A DNA stretch of 63,902 nt, the filler included, from Collodictyon triciliatum (Eukaryota), in NCBI GenBank assembly GCA_043381765.1. It is 10 parts of 10 records of this genome, joined end to end, with 100 filler letters (N's around TTAATTAATTAA, not from the genome) between each part and the next. Parts side by side here need not be neighbours in the genome. Positions count along the whole stretch, not along the records: positions 26,737 to 33,316 come from JBHJMP010004363.1; positions 33,417 to 39,996 come from JBHJMP010004364.1; 8 more parts are not named here. The stretch is one strand, 5' to 3'. The notes below the pieces were generated by a model, which made no database searches, was not told where the DNA came from, and was given only the letters and a program-made list of their open reading frames with translations. Positions 26,887-40,096 of the stretch are shown piece by piece (positions within the stretch are counted from its first letter, which is position 1; each line of letters begins with the position of its first letter). A program made the position numbers and the translations under genes.

Positions 26887-28319
26887 TTCTTAAAAGTGGC
26901 AGTACCGTTTGCACCCTCCTTCTCAACCAATTTCGTGGCACCGACAGAAGCGACCGCAGAGACAGACGCATCGGCAGGATTATTGTTTGGCAACGATGCA
27001 GTCAAAGGCAGTGACTCAGACAGCGTCTGCACCGGAGCAGAAGCATTCTCCTTTTTCGCTTGGGAGAGACCGTGGCCAAGGGACGGAATTTGCGAAGAAG
27101 GCACGTAGCGCAGCGCACCAGGAGCAAAAATCGGATACGGATGTTGCGCACCCGCAAAGGAATGCGCCTGCGGGTTGAACTGGACATACGTGTTAAGTTG
27201 CGGTTGTGAGTGTGCTTGAAGGAGAGATTGCGAATGCGGCTGCGCATTATAATGAAATTGGGAATTGAATTGGGCGAGAGCATTCGGTTGCGATTGCGAT
27301 TGCGATTGCGAATAAGGCTGTGGATTATAATGCAGTTGAGAATTGGACTGGACAAGCGAATTTGATTGAGAACTAAGTTGCGATTGCACACCATGGCGGA
27401 ATTGGGAGCCAGTCTGGACGAGCGAATTTGATTGTGATTGTGATTGTGATTGCGATTGTGATTGGATGAGCGAATTTGATTGTGATTGTGATTGCGATTG
27501 TGATTGGATGAGCGAATTTGATTGTGATTGCGAATGCGCGTAGACAAATGGGGCAGCCGAGGAGGCGAATTGGTGAGACTGCGGAGCCCTTTCCCACTCG
27601 CGCGCAACGGGCTTCACCGGGGGCGGAATGTCGATGGTGTCGGGGACGTTGGCGACGGGCAGGGATATCAGGACGTCCCTCTCCGCGCGCGGGCGGGCCT
27701 CAGCCCCTGGTGCGGCGTGCCTCGCATTCGCCGAAAGCGGGGCGAAAGACAGCAGCGCCGGCTGGAACTCGGGCCTTTGCGGAGTGGTCAGGCCACCCGC
27801 GGCTGTGGACGCGCCATGGCGGAATGCGAACGGCTCCGGCTCCGGGCGAAACGCGGCGTAGTTTCTGGCGGGGGAGGGCTGTGGCTGTGGCTGTGGCTGT
27901 GGCTGTGGCTGTGGCTGTGGCTGAGGAATGCGGGGAGAGGCGAGGGGATATGAGGAGGGGAAGGCCGGGGTGAGGCTGGCGGAGCGGGGGAGCGGCGCGT
28001 GGAGGGCGGAGGAGAGGGCGGGCGGGCGGGCGGAGTGGGTGTGCAGCAGCAGCAGCGACGGGGAGGGCGACGGCCGTGAGACGAGGCTCGGGGAGGCGCC
28101 CGGGTGTGTGCCGATCAGGCGGCCGGGAGAGGGCGAGGGCGAGGGCGAGGGCGAGGGCGGGGGTGGGCCGAAGGCATAGGCAGGGGCCGAGGCAAAGGCA
28201 AAGGGCGGGGGCCGCTGCACAAGGCTGGGCGAGTGGCTCGGGTGCGCCTGCGCGCTGGTCGGCCGCCACATGGCGGGGGCTGCGGTGGACGACGTCACTG
28301 CGCTCGTGGGGCCGTGCAT
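26887..28319 (-). CDS. Low-complexity Pro/Gln/Ser-rich protein, probable first exon of a truncated gene
   Basis: Long GC-rich open frame with (PQ)n, (SP)n and (QS)n repeats; no domain recognised. Confidence 0.55.
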
Positions 28320-28887
28320 CTCCTTTCCTTTCCTTTCCCTTCCTTTGCTTCTTCTTCTTCTTCCTCCTTTTCTTTTTCTGTTTTAGTCCATGGATGGTTG
28401 TATGTGTGTGTGTGTGTCTGGTTCTTTTCCATTTGTCTAGTCGAGTGGCGGACACGGCGTGAGTGTGATCGGAAGCGGGTGTGTTTTTTTTTTTTTAGCT
28501 TTTTGTGATGGCTGGGAGGTGGTGGTCGTAGGGTATGGTATTTTTTCCAGATGTGTGCTCATTGTGCGAATCCTTTTGTGGAGGCGAGGGCGTTAAGGCC
28601 TTTTCCTTCTCTTATCTTTCATTTTTTTTTTAAATATATTTTTATATATGTGTGTGTATGCTTGCTTGGAATGAGGTCAGAATCAGATTCCACGACGTAT
28701 TTCTTCTGGGGTGTGTTCTGCTCGGCGCTTGCTTTCGTTTTTGATCGCCTGCAGAGTCACTCAAGCTAAAGCAAGGGAAGTCAAAGTATACCTTTTTTCT
28801 TTTTCTTGTTTTTCTGTTTCGATTGGCCGCTGCTGAAGGTTCTGCTCGGGCGTAGATCCTGGAAGACCGGCTTTACGTTCCAGCAAG

Positions 28888-31800
28888 ATGGAGGCCGCAG
28901 TAAGAAAGTTGCCGCCAGCCCGACGTGTGAGAGTATATGCGATTCAGCCGGACGAGTGGGAGTCTGCAGTCAGCTTCGAGGCTGCACAGAGCGAGTCGCA
29001 AGCTACACGAATGACTGAAGCTGCGCTAGAAAATGTCTTTATTTTTATTTTATATTTATTTTTTTAATAGCATTACTAATTTGTTCTTTGTTTGCTTTGA
29101 GTTTCCTCTCCATTTTCTCGTTCGTTTATTTTTTTTTTATCTTGTCTTGCTGAAATGCTTCACCTCCGTACTAGTTGAAGGTCGAAGCACTACGCATCGA
29201 GAAAGAAAGTAAATGCGAGATTCCTGACTCAGCACCGGGGGAAACGCGTGGATTGTCTTGCATAACATGTGGGATGAGTTTTCCGAATGTCACAGCTCAG
29301 AGACATCACTTCAAGCTAGATTGGCATCGGTAATTCAACTGTCCTTTTTTATTTTTATTTTTATCGTAAGAATTCATTTTATTAGGTGGGCTTTAATTCT
29401 ACCATTTCCATAGATACAACATCAAAATGAAGCTGAAAAACTCGCCTGTTATAAATGAAGAACAGTTTGAAGTCCTTTCAGGTTGTTCATGCATATACTC
29501 TCTCCAGCTAATATAATGTGAAAATAAAGCAGAGGCAACCCGAGCGACTGCTCAAAAATAAATTTTTGTTTTAAAACCCAAAACAATCGCACATTTTGTG
29601 AATTGAATCTCAAGTTTCTTTATTTCTTTCTATCTTCCTCCCTCCCTCCCTCCCTTCTTCCTAATCTCCTCAGATATTTCTTCAATATCCGCATCTGGGT
29701 CAGAAGACAGCAGCTCTGATAATGAAGGTAGAGAAGATGGGAATGGATTTTTGGTTGAAAGCAGTACAGCAGAGACGGGGGGTTCTCCATTCGTCTCATT
29801 CCACAACAAGAAGGGACACATCATTCAATTATATCGTGTCCTTGTGGAGAACAGAAGAAATGATTTTGTAAGATATAAACTCGACCACACATATCTCAAT
29901 AGCAAACATCAGACTAAAAGCTCCAAAATTGTGATTTAATCTTCCAGACAATTATTTCTAGACTATTACAAAGTCAATGCGAAAGCCACAGTTTAAACCT
30001 TTTTCTTCTTAAATATTCTGCCTAGGAATCTCAACACAACCAATTAGATCAGTGGATTCAGTTTGCTATTCACGCATCCAGGTAAAACACCCATATACAC
30101 ACAGAAAAAAGAAGGAACAAGAACATGCGTTTTTTTCTCTTCTTAATTGGTGCTTGAAGATAGTTTCACGATTATTTTCTTTCAAAGACAATTCATCGAA
30201 GAGATTCATTAATTTATTATTTTCATAATTGTAATTTTCACTGCACTTAACTAGAAACACAAGGAGTTCTCCATACATAAAATCACTTCCTTTCCAGCCC
30301 TGGAAAAGTTTGATAATTCTATGTGGCGGTGGCCATTTTGCAGGGGCAATATTTCAACAGGTTGCTGGTCACTTTTTTCTTCAATTATTTTTTTGGTTTA
30401 TCCTTCCTAGCTAATTATTTTTTTTTTTTTTAAAGATGTTGCGAGGATGTGTCGGATTAAACTGATGTCTAAATTACCTCATCAAAGGACTCCACCATAT
30501 GCCATAAGACATTTCATCGGTACACAACTCGTAGAAAAGCTGGAGGCTCCCAATCAACACACGATAATAAGTCTGGAAAGGCAAAGTCTGCTGGTGCTTC
30601 ACTTCGCAGATACAACGAGCAGGCTTTGCAAACGGTTGGCTTCACTCAATAACAATTTCATTTATGCTTCCCTATTTTTCTTTGTTAAAAAAAAGAACGA
30701 TCTGATAAGGACACAAAACAAAAATCTTAATCAAAACACATTTATCTAAATATCTAAGACTTTCTTGAAAACCAGGATATCCATCAGTGGCTAATTTCTG
30801 TCGCCAAGGATATTAACGACTGTCAGTTTATTTTTATCCATGCAACTTCTACAATAAAAAGTGCCATATACTCCAACCCAGAAACGAAAATAAGGAAAGG
30901 TCAAGTCCGCTTCAATATAAACCTTTGTATAACTGTTGAAAAGAAACCAAAAAAAAATGAACTTTTGTAATTCAAACGAATTAAAACCTCCTGATTGTTA
31001 TTGCCGGTATCCTTCACAAGAATTCACAACAGGCCTATCCTTTTACCCCTTTAGACGACCCTCGGATTCGCTCCATACCTTTCACAACGAGGAGAGCAAC
31101 CTTCTCAGAGGTCCAGCGAGTGTATGAGAAGCTATCAACAGTTTCTATCTCTGAGAGAAATGATGACTCTGTTGCCATTCGGTTCTATCCAGGAATCCAG
31201 GTAACCCAATGCTTTGTCTTCTTAGAACCACATGTCGATTTTCACAATCCTTTCGACTTGATATACCGTATATTATTCTTTCAACTCACCCTCTATTTGA
31301 TGTTTTCATAGGACGAAAGTATCGAACAATCAAGTTCTGAATCAAAGACAGATGGTCCCATTCATGCGTGGAAAGAAAAAGATCCGAATCCCGACGATGA
31401 TATCGAAGATGATTTTGATGAAGACGATGATGAAAATGAGGAGGACATTCTCATCGCCTTGAAGGATTTGACCAGTGTCAGAGTGGATGACTCCAAATAT
31501 CCTTTGCATGCGGCATGTTGCGGACAAAGCAAAGGTATTATTTTTCTCTTCGCTCTTCCCTTTTATTTCAATTTATTGAAGTTTGTGCCTTTTATTTTTC
31601 TTTCGGCACATACATATCAAAAGAAACACCTCATGTACAAATCATAGATCCAAACTGTAGTAGAATAAAAGCATAAATATTCGAATATATGTATGACTAA
31701 GATATATATTCTTTCATATTCAGACCGAGTCAAGGATGCCATAGATTCAAATCCAGCATCGGTTAACACCCGCGACAATTTCTGCTATTTACCACTTCAC

Positions 31801-32842
31801 TATGCAGCCAGCCGCGGCAGTCCAACAGTAATCCATAAATTCTTGGTGTATGCATTTGTTTTACATGCTTTCCTTCTTCTTGTTCTTGCTCTTCTTCTCG
31901 TATATAAATTCTTGAGTAAATATGAGTCATTAACGAACTATAAATTATTTGAAAAGATTGTGAAGCTTTTGCTATCCCATGGAGCCGATCCGACTTTGTT
32001 GGACTTGCGCTCCCGACCACCATATTACCTTTCGCAGTCGAAAGTAATCTCAATTTTCCCTCTCTTTATGCACTTTGACAAAGGCGATATCTCTTAAAGT
32101 CTACTTTTCTTTTGTTTTGTGTTTCCTAAAAGAAAAATGGAAATACATTCAAATTATATCTCTTGCATTCCAATTTGTGACACACTTCTCTTCTCTCATT
32201 TCCTCCCTGCTTCCCAAGGCGACCAGGGATGCGTTCCGCCGTTTCATGGCCATTTACCCAGAGAAATGGGATTGGAGCGTTGCAAAGGTTCCCAGTGCAC
32301 TTTCTCAAGATGCCGAGTCAAAACGTAAAGAGGCTTTACGAAAAAAGAAACGAGAACAACGAAAGCGTGCCAGCCAGCGGAAGAAGGAGGAAAGAGAGAA
32401 AGAACAAGAGATGGAACGAGAGAGGGAAAAGGAGCGCGAAATACTGGCCAAGGAAGCACTTAATCACCCACCAACGGTTATTCCCACTAAGGCTCTCGCT
32501 AAAACCCTCACCAAAGGCTCGCTTGTTCCGAAGCTTTCATCAACAAATCATCACGAACCACACAAAGCTGCGCAAAAAACAAACATGCCGTTTACTCCAA
32601 CAACAGAGCCGAAGTCGACCTCGAAAAGCATCGTCTCGTCCGATGTTCTCTCTGCCCAGGAACGCCGTGAGCTGCATGCACGCGCAGCAGAGGCTAGGAT
32701 GGCCAAAATGGCGTTGCCTCCGAATCGTGCTTGTTATTTGTGCCAGAAAGGATATAACAGCAGCCAAGGCTTCACTTACATGGACTTTGGGTTTTGTAGC
32801 ACTTTGTGTTTACAGCAACATAAAAGACAAAATCCCTCATAG
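28888..32842 (+). CDS. ANKZF1: ANKZF1/Vms1 (ribosome quality control peptidyl-tRNA endonuclease), multi-exon
   Basis: CITC..QRHHFKLDWHR zinc finger; GGHFAGAIF; FHRYTTRRKAGGSQ..KSAGASLRRYNEQAL (VLRF1 domain); ankyrin repeats; C-terminal CYLC..FCSTLCLQQH. Confidence 0.92.
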
Positions 32843-33416
32843 AAATATAGTACATTCTGATTAAGGCTCTGGCATATGTCCTCAAAAAAATATGAATTCT
32901 GCCTTCTTTAAGAAATACAAGGATTAATGGCATGTTGATTTATAGCATTTCTTAAACCAGCTATCTATTTGTGTTAATATAGCAAGCCTCTAGCGGATTT
33001 TTTTTTATTTTAATTATATATATTCAATTTGATTTGTGCAAGATGATGGGATTTCGCGCTTTGAATCGCTAGCCAACGTTTGCACGGACGCTACTTGTTG
33101 GCCGGGTGGCAGAGAAGTAGTCGGTAATCAGGAATTGCATCCTGTGCTTTGGCCTGTAGCCTGTCTTGAGCTTGCATGAGACATACAAGGCGAGGTTTAA
33201 TCTCCTTCTCAGCTTCCTTCCACATGTCTCTTCTCACGGGGTCGGAGTAGTAGAGAACGTGCAGGTGGCGAAGGAAGCTATTGAGGAAAGAGATTTGTAT
33301 GATGTCATTCAGCCTGNNNNNNNNNNNNNNNNNNNNNNNNNNNNNNNNNNNNNNNNNNNNTTAATTAATTAANNNNNNNNNNNNNNNNNNNNNNNNNNNN
33401 NNNNNNNNNNNNNNNN

Positions 33417-33474
<58 letters not shown>

Positions 33475-33619
33475 CCTTTTGGTTTTCCGTGCGTTGTGTG
33501 CGTGTTTTCATTTGGGGTGCGCAGTTTTCTGCAGGTTTGTTGTGATTTTGTGCGCTTCTGGATGAATCATACCATTAGCTATCAACGGTTTCTGATCTGG
33601 AAAATATACATATTTCGTA

Positions 33620-33790
33620 AGTCTTTCACACGGTCATTTTTCTCGCATATCCCAACTTCTGAGCTTCGTTGATTTTCCATATTAGAAGGGATATACCATC
33701 TTTCGATTGGTAAACCTGGTGCGCTAGTATCCAAGGTCTCAATCCTTTTTTTAAATAAAGGCCGTGTGGTGGTGAAGGTTGCCAAGGAAA
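33620..33790 (-). ncRNA. Candidate Fanzor omegaRNA/fRNA scaffold
   Basis: Lies at and just past the Fanzor ORF 3' end; nested stems CACACGG/CCGUGUG and AUAUCCC-UUCU/AGAA-GUU-GGGAUAU, plus a GAAA-tetraloop hairpin; boundaries inferred. Confidence 0.5.
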
Positions 33791-35442
33791 GACCCGACAG
33801 CATGTTTTTTAGAGGAAGGTGTAGGCATTTTTTGAAGGATTAAGAGAACTTTGTAGAGTATATTATTAGCGCTGCTAAAGTCCCTTGTCAAGAATACACT
33901 TTGTTTGCTTTCTGAGCAATTGCACTCTTTACATATGAGACATCTACACAACTTTTTTGAGTTTCCTTTCAGTTTCATATATTCCAGTTCTTTTTCGCAG
34001 TTACAACACACCTTGGAGGTTCTAATTCATCTACACTAACTGTTTCAAAACGTTTGGATAGTATTTTTCGTAATCCTCTTCCAATTGTTGGCTTAAAATG
34101 TTTCATCGGAGATTTTCTGCTCCAGTTTTCATACACCAGTACAACATCCTTGCCAAATGTCTTTTCGATTCGGTCCATAAACAACTATACACTTTATGTA
34201 TTAACATACTGTCTCCATCTCATCTTTCGAAAAGCTACGTGTTCATAAAATCTGGATAGTTCTATCTGGTATCTTGAAATCATAGATACATATTCTCGAA
34301 GTTTTTCATAATCGACGTGCATGAATTATGTTTACTCAGTTCTGTCTCTAAATCGAATAAAGATGCTCTTGATGTCTCAAACTGCTGATTTTCTTCAATT
34401 GTTATGGAACCAAAAGAAATAGCACTTTGAAAATCTGTTACCGTGCATATCTCTGAAGCACTATACTTTTCTTTTTCGCGCAAGAGTATTTTGTGATTTT
34501 GAAGAGATTTGCTATCATGTCTTCTTTGGTGTGCCGTGTAATGTAATTTATTACACGTCTCATCCACCATGTAAACCAAATTAAACTTGCCTGCGTCCAC
34601 TCAAACTATTTTTTTGTCGCTAATAGAGATAACTGCTCTTCAGAAAGTTCATATATATATTGGGTCTTTTGATTATATTGGAATTTTGATTTTGAAAAAC
34701 CTTTCTTTCCAAACAATAATGACACCGCCAAGCCGTCTGTTTGTATCATGCATTTAAAATTGTAGTCTCTTTGCTGAAAGACCCTCTTCTTCATTTCAAA
34801 GAAGTCATCCCATAGTGTCTATTTGCATTCTGATATATTCTTCATTTATGATGTTTTTCCAGACAATACTAATAGATATATCAAACATGCAGTGTCTAGA
34901 GTAATGTGACATAGTATATTGTTAGTTCTTATAGGGATTGGTTGAAACAGTTTAGTTCAAATGTCCTCAAAAATGCGACTCATGTAAAAAAGCATCAGCG
35001 TACTTATTCAGATTGACTTTGACGTCATATTCGATATCATTTACAATATCGCTGGGAATGATACGATGCAAATGCATTCTAGCCCATTCTTTATATTGCT
35101 CCGGTATTTCGAGATTCTTGAAGAAGGCTTCTTTTTTAACTTTCGTAACTCTGCCTTTTTAATAGCATCCGTAATATTCTCATCTTTAGGAACTGTTTGG
35201 TTTATAAAGCGCAATAGCCTCTTCACAAAATGTTCCTTAATGTTATTATGATAAGTTGTTAACATTTGCTTCGCCAAGCGCGGTAATACATGAGACAGTC
35301 CAACCAACTGAAAGCATTCTTCTCGGAACAAAAGGTATCGAAAATCATTGAGATGAAAAGTCATCATGTCTTCTCTCATATCTGGTTGTTTTAATCTTGC
35401 GGGTCTATCTTGTGAAACTACTCCGACAGTCTTTAAAGAGTA

Positions 35443-35491
<49 letters not shown>

Positions 35492-35713
35492 ATTTCATTT
35501 CGTCGATTGTTGGGGGTTGTTGTGATTTGAATATGTAACATCTTGCAAACAGATAAGTGTCGGTAACCAAATTATGACACAATAAAAACTGTCGTTGATT
35601 TTGTCATAGTCATCCGCATTCTTTACAATCGACTTTAGAGGTGTTTTCACATTTCGATAGTCTGGTTCTACAGACTTTAGATTCTCAGACTCAAAACGTT
35701 TTCTTTTCTTCAT
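33751..35713 (-). pseudogene. Fanzor1-type (TnpB-derived) RNA-guided nuclease, disrupted
   Basis: Colinear fragments NNIKEHFVKRLLRFIN, FQPIPLRT, IQTDGLAVSLLF, RuvC-I VDAGK, YENWSRKSPMKHFKPTIGRGLR, RuvC-II VSVDE, Zn finger CCNC..CKEC, RuvC-III TRD; multiple frameshifts and stops. Confidence 0.85.
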
Positions 35714-37497
35714 CTGAAAGTTTTTGTTTTACTTTTTCTTTTAGAAAACTACCGAGTTTTGAATTTTTATAAAACTTTAGTCAATCAGTCAATTTATAAA
35801 AAAAAAAAAAACTGCACACAATCTATTTATGTAAAATTAAGCATATACTGAGACTCTCAAAATGTGCGCGTTGTGGCAAACAAACACACAAAGTTTTTTT
35901 TTACAAGTGATTTGAGACAAGACCGCTGAGAGCCGATTCGGCGAGTTCGAAAGGACGGCCGTGTAGCCATTTCAATTGAAAGTCAACATATCGGCCCCAA
36001 ACAACATGATTACCGCTACAAGCGTGGATAGTATGCTTTTTTGAAATGCGTGTTTGGTGGCAGTTTTATAGGGTGGGTTCTGTCTGGGCCAAGACCAGGG
36101 CTTGTTTGTTATTGGATTTTAATGCGAAACAATATATATAATGGGAAATAAAATATAAATTGGTTACGGGAATGGTATGAAATTATAAAGTAATTTAACC
36201 TTATTATATATATATATACTAATCGTACTGGTATATTATTCAGGTTGTTTCTTGGATTCATCAAAGCTCCTGCTTTTGGCAATCCAGATTTAATTCGATG
36301 GTTGTCTGTGTAATAAATCGCTATGTATGAGTGCACTTTCGTTGTATAAAAAGTGTTGTGACTTGAAAGGGGTAAAACCAAGTTCGTCACAACCTTTGTA
36401 ATTAAGTTTATCATTTACAGGCTGAATGAGACCGAAGAGAAAGGAGAGGAAAAAGAAAGAGGAAAAAGAAAGAGGAAAAAGAAAGAGGAAAAAGAAAGAG
36501 GAAAAAGAAAGAGGAAAAAGAAAGAGGAAAAAGAAAAGAAAAGCAGAAAAGATAAAGAAGAAAAAAAGAAAACGGAATCGGAAACGGAATCGGAAACGGA
36601 TGAATGATTTAGCAACTAATACTAAACACTATATTCATACTTTTCCTTTATTCGATTCAACACTGTATTCATACTTACCTCGCTGCCCGTGGGTTGATAG
36701 CTTGAGCTTAATCAGTCTCTCTTTTTTCCCCTTTATTGTTCGTTTCAAAGAGCCCGCTCCGTCTTACCATTAGTAAGTTGCTGTACTCAGAGGTTGGTGG
36801 TAGCTGGTGTCTTGATCGTCGGTGTGTTTCGGTGCATAACCTGCGTTACAAGGTATGTGGTAAAGTGACCTTTTCGCTCTCTGCGTTGGCTGCGTCGGCC
36901 TCCTGGCAGGCGTTCTCGTCCTTCTCAGGAACCCTCTTTCCAATCGCCTGCTTGTTTTTTTTTTTTTTTTTTTTTGTTTCCCAATTTTGGGGGTTGGGGG
37001 GAAAAGGGAATAAAGCCCGGGTATATTTTTTNNNNNNNNNNCTCAGGAACCCTCTTTCCAATCGCCTGCTTGTTTTTTTTTTTTTTTTTCAGGCTTCACA
37101 ATGTGGCGGGTTGGGAGAAGAAGGAAATAACGCCGGTGTAATATTATTATTTTCTGAAGAATGTGTCCTTTTTCTCTCTCAGTGTTTATTGTTTCTCAGC
37201 AAAGGAGACTCTTTTCTTATTAATTGTGTTTTTTTTATATTGTTCTCCTCAACTCTGTCTCTCAGTGTGATCACCACATTTCTTCACGCAGAGTGGGAAA
37301 GAATAGATTAATCCGAGAAATTTCGTCTTTCACATAAAATCAAACAAACGGACATACAAACATGCAAACAAACCCTGCAAATTTAATCTGTAGATAAAAA
37401 AATTGTGAAATTATTTTTACAATATATATATTCCGCTTTTGTCCCATCTTTTTGTGGATTGTTTCTTTTCGTTCTAGCGTTTGTTGGGGGTGGTGAC

Positions 37498-38956
37498 CTA
37501 GATTTGTTTATTCTCTGGTAACTTTCCTCTAGCTTTCTTCAAAACCCGAACGTGCCTGGCCTGTGAATCAATTTTGATATATTTTAAGATATTGAAAAAT
37601 CTACTGATTTAAGAATCTGTCTGACAATTCAAAAGTCACGAAATAAAAACCAAATGATAATAATAATGATTTTCTAATATCAAAATAAATTCACATACTC
37701 TTTTGTCTAGGCGAGAAACATAATCTTGTGTCTCTTGTGCTAAGTTTGGATACTTTTTCATGTTTCTCTCATAGTGTTTCAGACCCAACTCATATATTCT
37801 GTAATCCAAATAGTTTTTTCTTTTGAAAATCTGTTGTTCGCAGTATTTGGTTAGCTTGAGATATTTGCGTTCATAAAACATGAAATATATTTTTACGTCC
37901 CATAAAATATAACGTAAGGTCAAAGAAAAGAACAAGAATAGAAAGAATAGGAAGATATTTAGACATGTATGTGTGCAAACCCGGAGAAATTCTTCGCTTG
38001 GCTCAGAGGGCAAGTGGTGGGGATTGTAATGGCGATAAAAATATTCCATTGTTTTGAGATCCCAGTTTAATACATGCCCAAGGAGCACCATGCTTTCATT
38101 AAATCTTTCCTGGAACCCTATAAAGTTGTACCGCTTCTCCAAGCTGTATTTCAAATAAGTAAAAACAAAAATCAGACGTCTAATTTTTTCAGAAAACGAT
38201 ATCACACATACGGAAAGATGGAGGTGGGGTGGGGAATCATAGAAAAAAAAAGAAGTAATATATCACTGAGGCGATAATGCGCATCATGAAGACCTTTTGA
38301 ATGTGATATTTTTTTGTTGGCTATATCCCAAATAACTAGCGATGTGGTTATCTTTGTATCCCATGTATCCTCTTTGCTGTAAGGAGAAAAAAAATATAGT
38401 ATCATGTGATTATGAATTATATATGACATTGAAACAAATTAATAATTGGGTGTAATTGCAAAAGATATACACGACATACCTCGATAAATGATGAATTTGA
38501 CTTTAAGAAGTTTTCCATATAAAACCTCTCAAAAGTCTTATTTTTTGCCATCGGATTAAAATGATTATAATGGGAACTGGCACGGCGAAATGGGTCTCTA
38601 ATCATTGTTATGAAAACAGCATCTGGTACAACTTTTTTCATCCATGGGTGGAACTTTGCATGCTTTGTAATCATGTTGTAGGTGCCAGTCAGATTCATTC
38701 CGTATTGTCTTGGGATTGAGAAGGTCTTATCCCCTGGGCTCGGTACGATAGTAAGATTTCTTATCTATAACACATAAAAATCCTCTGGCAATCAGATTTA
38801 CATGTGAAAAATACTATAACGAATATTTTATCGGTTACTGAAATCCAGAGGTTGGTTGGTAAATGAAGTAAAATCCAAGAGTGGTTAGATTTTTTTGCAC
38901 GCATGATAAATGATGATATGTGTAAATTTTGAATTTGTCTCGTAATTTGGTCTTTC

Positions 38957-38989
<33 letters not shown>

Positions 38990-39498
38990 NNNNNNNNNNN
39001 NNNNNNNNNNNNNNNNNNNNNNNNNNNNNNNNNNNNNNNNNNNNNNNNNNNNNNNNNNNNNNNGCAATTCTCAAAGTAGAGCAAGAGGGAAAAAACGAAA
39101 TATTAGTTATTAAATGGATAATATGTTTGTCTGTGTGATTTTACCTTCGCCTGCTTTTCCAATATTCTCCTCAAGGTACCACCCGCAACTTTGAAGCATT
39201 TGACAAAAACCACATTACTGACTGGTTTTGTTGATCCTTTCTGTTTCCTATTCTTCCTTCGCTCTGCCCTAGGACGACCTTTATTCGCTGTGTTATTCCG
39301 GGGACCCTGAAGAGCGAGTCCGTGGAGCTTCTTTTGTAGGATAGGTTTGGGTGTGTTTTCCATTTTGCCCGCGACAATCGACGTTGCATTCTCGACTACG
39401 GAAAAACTTGCCGCAGAAACATCTTGCTCGACGGCCAACAGAAAAAGCACAAAGAACCCCAAGAATGTGCTCAGGCGAAGCCAACTACTGACTCTCAT
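37498..39498 (-). CDS. Golgi type II sulfotransferase (galactose-3-O-sulfotransferase-like), multi-exon
   Basis: N-terminal TM/signal anchor; 5'-PSB-like FVKCFKVAGGTL; 3'-PB-like ITMIRDPFRRASSHY; FIGFQERFNESMVLL; NYLDYRIY. Confidence 0.8.
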
Positions 39499-39647
39499 CC
39501 GATACTTACCTTTCGTTTTGCTTCCTTGCTTCCCTTTTTCTTATAATCCTTCTGTTTGTCTATTTGCCTGTGTAGTCGTGCGATGCGCTCTTTGTCTTAC
39601 GGAGTCTTTAACCCTTTTTTTTTTTTTTTTTTTTTTTGTGTTTGTTT

Positions 39648-39702
<55 letters not shown>

Positions 39703-40096
39703 TGGTTGGTTGTCTGTTTGTTAGTCCTTGAGTTTGTTTTGTTTTGTTTTGTTTTGTTTTGTTTTGTTGTTGAAAAACGACTTTTGTTGGGTGTGCGTCG
39801 ACTTTTGCCCGATCAATAATCCGAAACCGGTTGTCGTGCCCTTTTTTTCTTCTTTTGGATTTGGGTCTGTATCTGCACTGCGAAATCGTAAGTGTCAAAC
39901 GGTGGAGCACAAAGCGCCTCCCCAATTTTTTTTTTTTTTTTTGGTGGTGCGTGCAAGAGAAAGAGAAAGACACGGTTCAAAACATGGAAGAAGAGANNNN
40001 NNNNNNNNNNNNNNNNNNNNNNNNNNNNNNNNNNNNNNNNTTAATTAATTAANNNNNNNNNNNNNNNNNNNNNNNNNNNNNNNNNNNNNNNNNNNN

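Noticed and set aside
21242-28508. Many overlapping ORFs around the cyclin and the Pro/Gln-rich gene
   Set aside because: Shadow frames expected in GC-rich, stop-poor sequence; only one frame per locus has protein-like features
35900-35970. Possible left end or TIR of the Fanzor element (GGCCGTGTAG and a small GCCGA/TCGGC hairpin)
   Set aside because: Only a short partial match to the 3' end sequence; not enough to call a terminal repeat
36922-37150. Direct repeat starting CTCAGGAACCCTCTTTCCAATCGCCTGCTTG on both sides of a 10-N gap
   Set aside because: The second copy starts exactly at the scaffold gap, so it is most likely an allelic or assembly duplication
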